From positions 1 to 64,000 of the forward strand of contig CAWDVE010000012.1 of assembly GCA_963805625.1 (NCBI GenBank): a stretch of 64,000 nucleotides of DNA. The letters run 5' to 3'. The position numbers were made by a program, and so were the translations under genes. Numbering within the stretch: position 1 is the stretch's first letter; each line of letters opens with the position of its first letter. Source of the DNA: an uncultured Candidatus Rokubacteria bacterium (GTDB lineage Bacteria; Methylomirabilota; Methylomirabilia; Rokubacteriales; DASRDR01). Shown one piece after another: positions 55,659-64,000 of this stretch. The notes beneath the pieces were generated by a model. The model was given only the letters and a program-made list of their open reading frames with translations. It made no database searches and was not told the DNA's origin.

Positions 55659-56987
55659 GTGATACGCCGCTCAAGGCCGGATGCGGCCACGCCGATCCGC
55701 ACGCCGTTACGACGAGGCTTCCTGTGGATGAGCGTGGCCAATGTGAGCTATGGACTGTCCCAGTTCGCGATGCTGGTCCTCATCGCCAAGCTAGGGACCG
55801 CGGAGAAGGTCGGCCAGTTCGCCCTTGGCCTTGCGATCGCCACACCGATCATCATGTTCACGAACCTGCACCTTCGGGAGATTCAGGCGACGGACGCCAC
55901 TGGCCGCTTCGCGTTCGCAGATTACCTTTGCCTACGGCTCGCAGGTGTCGGGATGGCCATCGCGACCGTGGCAGCCTTTGCCTTCGGTGGGCCCCACGCC
56001 GCTGATACCGCGCTGGCAGTCTTCTGGGTCGGTGTTGGGCGAGCGACCGATGCCGTGGGGGACGTGTACCATGGCTTGCTCCAGAAGCATGAGCGGATGG
56101 ACCGGATCGGGAAGTCCGGACTGTTGAAGGCTGGGGCCTGCCTGGCCGCACTGGCAGCCGGCTTCCACATGAGCCGTGGCAGCGTGGCGTGGGCCGCAGC
56201 TGCGGTCGCGGCGGCGTCCGCCGTCGTCCTGGCACTGTACGATGCGCGCGCCCCCCGGGTGGTGTTCGGTCCGGCGCCGATGCCTTCGAGCCGCGCCGCA
56301 GCCAGTGCGGATGGTAGGACGAAGGCGGCCGTGAGACTGGCCCGGCTTGCGTGGCTGGCGCTCCCGCTCGGAGTGGTGATGGCACTCGTCTCGTTGAACT
56401 CGAGCGTGCCTCGATACTACGTGGAACGGCATCTCGGCCGGCGCAGCCTGGGCCTGTTCGCGGCGATGGCGCAACTGATGGCCGTGGGAAGCATGCTAGT
56501 CTCGGCCCTTGGGCAGTCGATGAGCAGTCGCCTAGCCCGTTACTATGCCCGACGCAAGCGATCGGCGTTCCTCCACCTCATCCTGCGGCTGGGAGGGGCG
56601 GCCGTTCTGGTGGGTGGCGGCGGCGTGCTCGTGGCTGTTCTCGGCGGGCGAAGCCTGTTGACGTGGCTTTACCGCCCGGAGTATGGCGAATACGCGGACG
56701 TGTTCGCCTGGCTGATGGTCGGGGGGGGGGTCTCGCACGTCGCGGGCGCGTTGGGACATGGAATGACTGCGACCCGGTACTTCGCCGCGCAGGTCCCGCT
56801 GTTCGTGATCACGACCTTGGCGACCGCATTGGCGTGCACGTGGTTGGTGCCGGAAAAGGGTCTCATGGGCGGCGCCCTCGCCGTGCTGTTCGGCATGATC
56901 GTACAGCTCGCTGGCGGCGTGGCGATCGTTGCCCATGCGCTGCGCGCGCTGCCGAACACGCGGCGCGTACGCACCTCGAACGAATGA
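55659..56987 (+). CDS. Wzx-like oligosaccharide flippase (MOP family)
   Basis: About 12 hydrophobic segments; IAKLG..VGQFALGLAI, PRYYVERHLG..LGLF. Start approximate. Confidence 0.82.
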   Translation: MIRRSRPDAATPIRTPLRRGFLWMSVANVSYGLSQFAMLVLIAKLGTAEKVGQFALGLAIATPIIMFTNLHLREIQATDATGRFAFADYLCLRLAGVGMAIATVAAFAFGGPHAADTALAVFWVGVGRATDAVGDVYHGLLQKHERMDRIGKSGLLKAGACLAALAAGFHMSRGSVAWAAAAVAAASAVVLALYDARAPRVVFGPAPMPSSRAAASADGRTKAAVRLARLAWLALPLGVVMALVSLNSSVPRYYVERHLGRRSLGLFAAMAQLMAVGSMLVSALGQSMSSRLARYYARRKRSAFLHLILRLGGAAVLVGGGGVLVAVLGGRSLLTWLYRPEYGEYADVFAWLMVGGGVSHVAGALGHGMTATRYFAAQVPLFVITTLATALACTWLVPEKGLMGGALAVLFGMIVQLAGGVAIVAHALRALPNTRRVRTSNE

Positions 56988-56994
56988 GCGTCGG

Positions 56995-57750
56995 GTGAAG
57001 TGGCTGCGCCGGTTGGCCGAGTACGCCTATTATGGAACGCGCGCGCTCGAGGTGGGTGTGCCAGTCTGGCGGCTACCCATCATTCGGAACGTGGTCAACC
57101 TGATCGATGCGCTCTCGCGGATGCCCGTGAACATGCCGATGCGGATCGTCGACGTCGGCGCCCACCGGGGTGAGTGGGCCGTGGCGTGCGCGAAGCTCTT
57201 TCCGAGGGCACGGATCCTGTCTCTGGAGCCCGTCCCCGAATACTATCGGGAGGCGGCGGGTCGGGCCTCCCGGTTCCCGCAGTGGGAGGTCCTGTGCACG
57301 GCAGCTGGCCAGGAGCGTGGGACTCGCCTGATCGACGTCAGAGGGCTCCGCTCCTCCTTCAGGCGCGTCGCGGGTGAGCAGTTTCCGGAGTGGGCCAGCA
57401 GCACGGATGCCTCCCAAGGTGGCCAGCAGGTCGACGTGGAGACCTTGGACGAGCTGCTTGTGCAAAGGGAGTTCTACCCGGTGGATCTGCTGAAGATCGA
57501 CGCAGAAGGATTCGAGCGGGAGATCCTGCTCGGAGCGAACGACACGCTTCGGCATACGCGGCAGGTCCTCATCGAAGTGCGGTTCTACGAGCTGTTCGAG
57601 GGTGGTCCGTTGTTCTGGGAGGTGCACGAAATGCTGGGTGCGCACGGGTTCGTCCTGATGCACTTGAGGCCGTGCAAGGGCACCTGTCTCTGGGCAGACG
57701 CCACATATGCGAAAGCCGATCGGGCGTCAGGGCTGAAGTCAGCTCCGTGA
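56995..57750 (+). CDS. FkbM-family methyltransferase
   Basis: IVDVGAHRG, SLEP, TLD, DLLKIDAEGFE, LIEV. Confidence 0.9.
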   Translation: MKWLRRLAEYAYYGTRALEVGVPVWRLPIIRNVVNLIDALSRMPVNMPMRIVDVGAHRGEWAVACAKLFPRARILSLEPVPEYYREAAGRASRFPQWEVLCTAAGQERGTRLIDVRGLRSSFRRVAGEQFPEWASSTDASQGGQQVDVETLDELLVQREFYPVDLLKIDAEGFEREILLGANDTLRHTRQVLIEVRFYELFEGGPLFWEVHEMLGAHGFVLMHLRPCKGTCLWADATYAKADRASGLKSAP

Positions 57751-58937
57751 TAAATATCGCGCACGTGATCACGGGCCTCGACACCGGTGGGGCCGAGATG
57801 ATGCTGCTCAAGCTCGTCTCGGGAATTGACTCCCGATCGTTCCACTCGAGCGTGATCTCCCTGACCGATGTAGGACCCGTGGGCGAGAGGATCCGTTCGC
57901 TCGGCGTGCCCGTCTGCTCCATGGGAATGCGCCGCGATGTGCCCGACGTATGGGCTCTCCTGCGACTGATGAGGCGGCTGCGGAACGAGGCGCCTCAGGT
58001 CGTCCAGACCTGGATGTACCATGCCGACCTGGTGGGGGGGGTGGCGGCGCGGCTGGCTCGGCGAAGCATCGCGATCGCGTGGAATGTACAGGCGGGCCAC
58101 CTAGTCGGGAGTCCGGTCCGGCGCAGAACCCTCTCGATCGTGCGGACCTGCGCCAGGCTGTCCCGATGGGTGCCGGATCGGATCGTCTGTTGCGGTGACA
58201 TGGTCCGGCGCATGCATCGGGAATCCGGATACGCTGACAGCAAGATCGAAGTGATCCCGAACGGCACGGAAACCGCGGTCTTCAAGCCGGATCCGGTCGC
58301 GCGCGCCTCGTTTCGCCGGGAGCTCGGCGCGGAGGATCGGGATGTGGTGGTCGGCATCCCGGCTCGGTTCGACCCGATGAAGGACCATCGCACGTTCATC
58401 GAGGCGGCGGGGATGCTGCTCGCGGAGCGTCCCGAGGCGCGGTTCGTGCTCTGCGGCGACAACATGACCGAGCAGAACACGACCCTGAACGAATGGCTCG
58501 GTGCCGCGAGGCTCCGTGCGCGCTGCCACCTTCTCGGTCGGCGTGACGACATGCCGCGGGTATACGCCGGCCTCGACGTGGCCTCGCTGTCATCGGCGTA
58601 CGGTGAAGGATGCCCGAACGCGATCGGCGAGGCGATGGCGTGCGGCGTGCCGTGCGTGGTGACCGATGTGGGGGATTGCCGGCATCTCGTCGGCGAGACC
58701 GGCGGAGTGGTCCCGGTGCGCAGTCCGGCCCTGCTCGCGGCGGCCTGGCGGGAGCTGGTCGACGGGGGCCCACTGGCTCGCGAGGCTCTCGGACGCGCCG
58801 CGCGACGACGGATCGAGCGGCATTACGACATCGCAACGATCGTCCGTCGGTACGAGGGCCTCTATCGGGACCTGGCCCGAGCGTCGAGGACGGTCGCGCG
58901 AGCACACCCGGCACCGAGGAATGCCGCGCGATCATGA
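57747..58937 (+). CDS. Glycosyltransferase family 4
   Basis: HVITGLDTGGAE, QTWMYHAD, RFDPMKDH, EGCPNAIGEAMACGVP. Confidence 0.92.
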   Translation: MINIAHVITGLDTGGAEMMLLKLVSGIDSRSFHSSVISLTDVGPVGERIRSLGVPVCSMGMRRDVPDVWALLRLMRRLRNEAPQVVQTWMYHADLVGGVAARLARRSIAIAWNVQAGHLVGSPVRRRTLSIVRTCARLSRWVPDRIVCCGDMVRRMHRESGYADSKIEVIPNGTETAVFKPDPVARASFRRELGAEDRDVVVGIPARFDPMKDHRTFIEAAGMLLAERPEARFVLCGDNMTEQNTTLNEWLGAARLRARCHLLGRRDDMPRVYAGLDVASLSSAYGEGCPNAIGEAMACGVPCVVTDVGDCRHLVGETGGVVPVRSPALLAAAWRELVDGGPLAREALGRAARRRIERHYDIATIVRRYEGLYRDLARASRTVARAHPAPRNAARS

Positions 58938-59117
58938 CCCGGCGTGACCGTGACGCGGCGGGGGGGCCGCGGAACCGGCTCGCCGGGGGGTGCGGCAGGG
59001 GCCCCGAAGCGCTACACTCGGACGGCTTGCACGGGAGGGTCACCCTCACGCCATGGCGCTGCTCCCCGGCGCTCCGGGGCTCCCGGTCACCGGGCGAGAC
59101 GCCGGACGAGGTGTAGG

Positions 59118-61088
59118 ATGTGCGGGATCGCCGGCCGCCTGAACTTCCGCTCGGGGGCGCCCGTCGAGGCGGCCGTCGTGGGGCGGATGTCGGCTCTCCT
59201 CGCGCACCGGGGGCCGGACGGCGAGAGTGTCCACGTGGACGGCCCGGTCGGCCTCGGCCACCGGCGGCTGGCGATCATCGATCTGAGCCCGCTCGCCGGC
59301 CAGCCGATGGCGACCGCGGACCGGTCGGTGTGGATCACCTACAACGGGGAGATCTACAACTTCCTCGAGCTCCGGCGGGAGCTCGAGGGCCTGGGCCACC
59401 GGTTCCGCTCCCAGTCCGACACCGAGGTCATCCTGGCCGCGTACCGGGAGTTCGGCGTCGACTGCGTCACGCGGCTCCGGGGGATGTTCGCCTTCGCGAT
59501 CTGGGACGCCGCGACGCGCGCCCTCCTCCTCGCGCGCGACCGGCTCGGCAAGAAGCCCCTCCACTATCTCCTTGACCGGGACGGCATCGCCTTCGCGTCC
59601 GAGCCGAAGGCCTTCCTGGCCGACCCCGGCTTCACGCCGCGCCCGAACCTCGAGGCCCTCTCCTACTACCTCACCTACCAGTACGTGCCGTGCCCCCAGT
59701 CGGCGTTCCAGGGGATCCGGAAGCTGCCACCCGCCCACTACCTGCTCGTCCGGGACGGGCGGGTGAGCGTCACGCGATACTGGCGCCTGCGTTACGACCG
59801 CAAGGTGACCCTGTCGGAGGACGAGGCCGTCGAGGAGCTCAGGCGGCGCCTGCGGGATGCCGTCCGCTGCCGCCTCGTCAGCGACGTGCCACTCGGCGCC
59901 TTCCTGAGCGGCGGTATCGACTCCAGCGCCGTCGTGGCTCTCATGGCGGAGAGCGGAACGGCGCCGGTGAAGACGTTCTCCATCGGCTTCGAGGAGGCGA
60001 CGTACGACGAGCGCCGGTACGCGCGGATGGTGGCCGAGCGCTACGGGACGGACCACCACGAGTTCGTGGTGCGGCCCCAGGCCGTCGACATCCTGCCGAA
60101 GCTCGCCTGGCACTACGACGAGCCGTTCGCGGACTCCTCGGCCATCCCGACCTACTACGTGGCCGAGCTGACGCGCCGGCACGTCACGGTCGCCCTCAAC
60201 GGGGACGGCGGCGACGAGAACTTCGCGGGATACGAGCGCTACGCCGCGCACGTCGCGGCCGCGTGGTACGAGCGCCTCCCCCGCGCGGTCCGCGGAGCGC
60301 TGGCCACCACCGCGCGGCTGGTGCCGACCGGGCCGCGCACGCCCCGGCTCGCCGCCCGCGGCCGCCGCTGGATCGAGAGCCTGGGGGATCCGCGGGAGCG
60401 GCGGTACGCCCGCTGGATGAGCCACTTCCACGCCGGCCTGAAGCGGGAGGTGTGCACGGAGGAGTTCCTACGCTCAGCGGGCGGCGGGGAGGCGGAGGCG
60501 CTGCTGGTCGACGCGTACCGCGACTCGGACGCGCCGGACCTCGTGGACGCGACGCTGGACGTCGACGTCCGCACGTACCTGCCCGACGACCTCCTGGTCA
60601 AGGTGGACATCGCGACGATGGCGCACGGGCTCGAGGGCCGCTCGCCGCTCCTGGATCACGAGCTCATGGAGTTCTGCGCGAGCCTGCCGTCGTCGATGAA
60701 GCTCCGGGGCTTCTCGAAAAAGCGCATCTTCAAGCGGGCGGTCAGGGACCTGCTTCCCCGCGAGGTGATCGGGCGCCGGAAGATGGGCTTCGCCGTCCCG
60801 CTCGACCGGTGGTTCCGGGGCGAGCTGCGCGACGTGGCCCGGGACGTGATCCTGGGCCGGCGAGCTCGCGAGCGGGGGTACTTCCGTCAGGCCGCGGTGG
60901 AGCGGCTCGTTCGGGAGCATCTGGACGGCGTCCGGAACTGGCACTACCAGCTCTGGAATCTCCTGATGCTCGAGCTGTGGCACGAGGTGCACGTCGATGC
61001 GCGCGGGGGCACGGGCACCGACGGCCGATCCGCCCACACCCGGGACGCCGCCGGCGGGGTGCGGTCCGCTCCCCCCGTGCGCATCTGA
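59118..61088 (+). CDS. asnB: Asparagine synthase (glutamine-hydrolysing)-like amidotransferase, glycan-associated
   Basis: MCGIAG, HRGPD, NGEIYN, LSGGIDSS, GDGGDE, KVDIATMAHGLE.R.P. Confidence 0.93.
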   Translation: MCGIAGRLNFRSGAPVEAAVVGRMSALLAHRGPDGESVHVDGPVGLGHRRLAIIDLSPLAGQPMATADRSVWITYNGEIYNFLELRRELEGLGHRFRSQSDTEVILAAYREFGVDCVTRLRGMFAFAIWDAATRALLLARDRLGKKPLHYLLDRDGIAFASEPKAFLADPGFTPRPNLEALSYYLTYQYVPCPQSAFQGIRKLPPAHYLLVRDGRVSVTRYWRLRYDRKVTLSEDEAVEELRRRLRDAVRCRLVSDVPLGAFLSGGIDSSAVVALMAESGTAPVKTFSIGFEEATYDERRYARMVAERYGTDHHEFVVRPQAVDILPKLAWHYDEPFADSSAIPTYYVAELTRRHVTVALNGDGGDENFAGYERYAAHVAAAWYERLPRAVRGALATTARLVPTGPRTPRLAARGRRWIESLGDPRERRYARWMSHFHAGLKREVCTEEFLRSAGGGEAEALLVDAYRDSDAPDLVDATLDVDVRTYLPDDLLVKVDIATMAHGLEGRSPLLDHELMEFCASLPSSMKLRGFSKKRIFKRAVRDLLPREVIGRRKMGFAVPLDRWFRGELRDVARDVILGRRARERGYFRQAAVERLVREHLDGVRNWHYQLWNLLMLELWHEVHVDARGGTGTDGRSAHTRDAAGGVRSAPPVRI

Positions 61089-61104
61089 GCGGTCCAGAGG
61101 CCCC

Positions 61105-62310
61105 GTGGACGGCTCGGCGCCGGCGGCGCGGATTGCGAGGCCGGGGGGGAGCCGGACCCTTCTGCGCTGGGCGATCACGGGGTTGGTGGTCGCCTTCGCC
61201 GGCGGGACCATCCTCCTCCTGGCGCGCGACGGGGTCCGGCTCGGCGCTGATTCCCCCCGCTACGTGGATGGGGCCGAGCACCTGCTGGCCGGGCACTGGC
61301 CGGAAGGGCTTCGGTGGGCCTACGTGGGCTACATCACCGTGGTCGCCGTCGTCCGGAGCCTCGGCGGAGACCTGCCGGCCGTCGTCGGGCTTCACATCGG
61401 TGTGGCCGCGATCGCGGGGCTCGGGCTCTGGTCCCTCGGCGTGACCCTGGGAGGCCCGCTCGGCGGGCTCGTCGCCGCCGCGTTCCTGCTCGGCAATCCC
61501 GATGTCCTCCGATGGCATGCGTACATTCTCACCGACTCGCTGTACACGTCGGCCGTGGTGATCGGAGCCTGGGTGACCTGGCGCGCCGCCGAGCGGGGCG
61601 GCCTCTGGTACGGGGCCGCCCTCCTCGTGCTGGTCCCCGCCGGGCTCTTGCGCCCGACGGGCGTGCTGCTCCTGCCCGTGGCCGGCGCCTTCTGGGCGGT
61701 CCGGGGCGCGGCCGCCCGCGACTGGCGGCGCGTCACGCTCGGGCTGGCGACCGCGGCGGCCGCCGTGACGCTGACGCTGGGGGTCGCGCCGTTTCGCGCT
61801 CCCGCGGGGCGCATTCCTGGCCGATTGCTCGAGAGTGGGAAGGTGCTCTACGGGAATCCAGCGTTCCAAGTCGAGATGCCGGCGCGCTCCGCGCCAGACG
61901 GCGAGGGGTGGTCTGGCGCCATCCGGTACGTCGCCCGGCACCCGGGCCCGTCGGCGACGGTGATCCTCCGGCGGGTGGTGATGGAGCTCGCCCATGTTCG
62001 TCCCTACTACAGCTGGCGTCATAACCTCGTGATCGTGGCCACACTCCTCCCGCTCTACGCGCTGGCCGCCGCCGGGATCGCCGCGACCTGGCGCCACCCG
62101 CTGACCCACCTCCTCCTCGCGCTGATCGGCGCGCACCTCTTGCTCGTGGGCGCCACGCTCGCGGACTACGACGGCCGCTTCCTCCTGCACTTCCTTGGAC
62201 CGATTGCGACCCTCGCGGGGGCGGGACTCGCGGCCCTCACCCGCCGCCGTGCGCCGACGGGCGGAGCCGCGGCCCCGTACAACGCAAGTGCCGTGACGAT
62301 GGATCGGTGA
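61105..62310 (+). CDS. GT-C (PMT-like) membrane protein
   Basis: DSPRY after TM1, YILTDSL, LRPTG, YDGRF; multiple TM helices. Confidence 0.7.
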   Translation: MDGSAPAARIARPGGSRTLLRWAITGLVVAFAGGTILLLARDGVRLGADSPRYVDGAEHLLAGHWPEGLRWAYVGYITVVAVVRSLGGDLPAVVGLHIGVAAIAGLGLWSLGVTLGGPLGGLVAAAFLLGNPDVLRWHAYILTDSLYTSAVVIGAWVTWRAAERGGLWYGAALLVLVPAGLLRPTGVLLLPVAGAFWAVRGAAARDWRRVTLGLATAAAAVTLTLGVAPFRAPAGRIPGRLLESGKVLYGNPAFQVEMPARSAPDGEGWSGAIRYVARHPGPSATVILRRVVMELAHVRPYYSWRHNLVIVATLLPLYALAAAGIAATWRHPLTHLLLALIGAHLLLVGATLADYDGRFLLHFLGPIATLAGAGLAALTRRRAPTGGAAAPYNASAVTMDR

Positions 62311-63731
62311 GCGCGCCCTACGACGACGTCCTCGTGACGGGGCGGGCCCTCCGGCGGCCCGCCGCGGTCCTCTGGGTCGCCGTCTTCCTGTATGCGGCGC
62401 TGGCCGCCATCCTCGTCCAGACCGTCGTCCTGCCGTACTGGGCACCCCGGTGGCACGCCGGACACGGGCTCCTGGCGGGCCTCGATGCAGTTTCCTTCCA
62501 CGAGGTCGCGGTGCGGCAGGCCGAGGCCATCCGTCGAGATGGCTGGTTGACCTGGACCCTCCGGCCCGAGGGCCACCTCGCGGCCGGCGTCCTGAGCCCG
62601 CTCTACGCGCTGACGGTGCCCGAGCCCTGGGTGCTCATCCCGGTCAACGCGGCGCTCCACGCGACGGCGGCGGTCGTGCTCTTCCGCATCCTGGAGATGC
62701 TCGCGCCGGTGCGGGTCGCGCTCCTGGGGGTCCTCCCGCTCGTCCTCTTCCCGTCGTCGCTCACTTGGTACGCGCAGATCCACAAGGACGGCTTCGCGGT
62801 GCTGGGCGCCCTGCTCGCGGCCCTGGGGTGGGCGAGAGTTGCCCGGGCCGCTCGCGACCCGGCGGCCAGCCTCGGCCGCGGGCTGCTGCCCATCGTGGTC
62901 GGCGCGGGCGCAGTGTGGCTAGCGCGCCCGTATCTCGTCGACGTGCTGTTCGGTCTCGGCATCGGCCTGGCCGCGCTCGTCACAGGCATGGTCCTGGTCG
63001 GTGCCGCCAGAGGGCGCCGGGCCGCGGGGACAGCCGGCCGAGCCGTCATCCGGACCTGGGCGGCGGCGCTGGTGACCTGGTCGCTCGTCGCGCTGCCGGG
63101 AGGGCACAGCTACATCGACGCGCCCCAGATGGAAGGCGGCGCCAACACACCGACACCGCCGGCCGGCGAGGCGCCGTCGGGGGGCTGGACGCGAAGCCGC
63201 TGGTTGCCGCCGGTCGTCGACCGCGGGCTCGAGAGCCTCGTGCAGGCGCGTTCCGGGTTCGCGCGCGCTCAGGCGGGCTCGCTCGTGGATGCCGACGTCA
63301 AGCTCACGAGCGCTGCTGAGGTGACAGCCTACCTGCCCCGGGCGCTGCAGGTGGCCCTCTTCGCGCCGTTCCCGTCCCAGTGGGCGGGCGGGGTCACTCC
63401 CGGGGCCTCGGTCATGCGCCGCGTGGCCGGCGCCGAGGTGCTCCTGCTCTATCTGGCGGTGGCGATCCTTCCCTGGGGGCTCTGGCGCTGGCGGGACCGC
63501 CCGGAACTGCACGTGCTCGTAGTCTACTGTCTCGGCATGATGCTCGTCTACGCCCTCGCCGTCCCGAACGTCGGGGCGCTGTACCGGTTCCGCTACCCGT
63601 TCGAGACTCTACTCATCGGCCTGGCCGTGGCGCTCGCCCTCGTCCGCTCCGCCCCGCGCGGCTCGCCCCCGACGCGCGAGGCGACGGGGACGCGACGCGG
63701 GGCCGGGCCCGGCCGGCCGGGGGCCCCCTGA
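62307..63731 (+). CDS. Multi-TM protein, GT-C/Wzy-like, function unknown
   Basis: DAVSFH after TM1, QIHKD, ARPY, FAPFP, NVGALYRFR. Confidence 0.7.
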   Translation: MSAPYDDVLVTGRALRRPAAVLWVAVFLYAALAAILVQTVVLPYWAPRWHAGHGLLAGLDAVSFHEVAVRQAEAIRRDGWLTWTLRPEGHLAAGVLSPLYALTVPEPWVLIPVNAALHATAAVVLFRILEMLAPVRVALLGVLPLVLFPSSLTWYAQIHKDGFAVLGALLAALGWARVARAARDPAASLGRGLLPIVVGAGAVWLARPYLVDVLFGLGIGLAALVTGMVLVGAARGRRAAGTAGRAVIRTWAAALVTWSLVALPGGHSYIDAPQMEGGANTPTPPAGEAPSGGWTRSRWLPPVVDRGLESLVQARSGFARAQAGSLVDADVKLTSAAEVTAYLPRALQVALFAPFPSQWAGGVTPGASVMRRVAGAEVLLLYLAVAILPWGLWRWRDRPELHVLVVYCLGMMLVYALAVPNVGALYRFRYPFETLLIGLAVALALVRSAPRGSPPTREATGTRRGAGPGRPGAP

Positions 63732-63781
63732 GGCCGGCGGGCGCCGTGCGAGAGGCCGGCGGCGTGGTGGCCCGCGAGCGC

Positions 63782-64000
63782 GTGGAGCGGATACGCGTCC
63801 TGCGTGTCATTGCACGCCTCAACGTGGGAGGGCCCGCGCTCCACACAACGCTGCTCACCGAGCGGCTCGATCCTCGTCGCTACGACGCGCGCCTCGTCAC
63901 GGGGACGGAGGAGCCGGGCGAGGGGAACTATCTCGCGCTCCACGGCAAGGCCCCGGAGCGCGTCATCGTCCTCCCCACGCTCGGGCGAGAAGTGCGCGGC
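63782..64000 (+). CDS. Glycosyltransferase family 4, 5' part (runs off the window)
   Basis: RIRVLRVIARLNVGGPALH...GEG. Confidence 0.8.
   Translation, partial: MERIRVLRVIARLNVGGPALHTTLLTERLDPRRYDARLVTGTEEPGEGNYLALHGKAPERVIVLPTLGREVRG

Overview
Very GC-rich bacterial DNA. Gene content resembles Rokubacteria/Methylomirabilota-type soil MAGs, but that is inference only. There are three blocks. (1) 1-7.9 kb is a tRNA-anchored integration hotspot: a hybrid histidine kinase, a 3' tRNA-Leu(CAG) att-like fragment, a complete IS1634-family element, tRNA-Lys(CTT) and tRNA-Arg(CCG), a complete IS1202-type element with a 17-bp target duplication, a DinB-like gene, tRNA-Arg(TCG) and tRNA-His. (2) 8.1-13 kb is a form I aerobic CO dehydrogenase operon (coxMSL plus an XdhC/CoxF-YHS gene) with a consensus sigma70 promoter. 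(3) 13.3-64 kb is a ~50-kb surface-glycan locus: many GT2/GT4 enzymes, WecA, Wzm/Wzt and a Wzx-like flippase, two paralogous O-antigen-ligase-like proteins, about six GT-C-like membrane proteins, eight SAM methyltransferase domains plus one pseudogene, AsnB, and secreted proteins. Two secreted proteins carry an FG-GAP-like repeat, and decayed copies of that repeat sit at three gene junctions. No CRISPR array or rRNA was seen. All products are assigned by eye from motifs, with no database search, and several start codons are uncertain.
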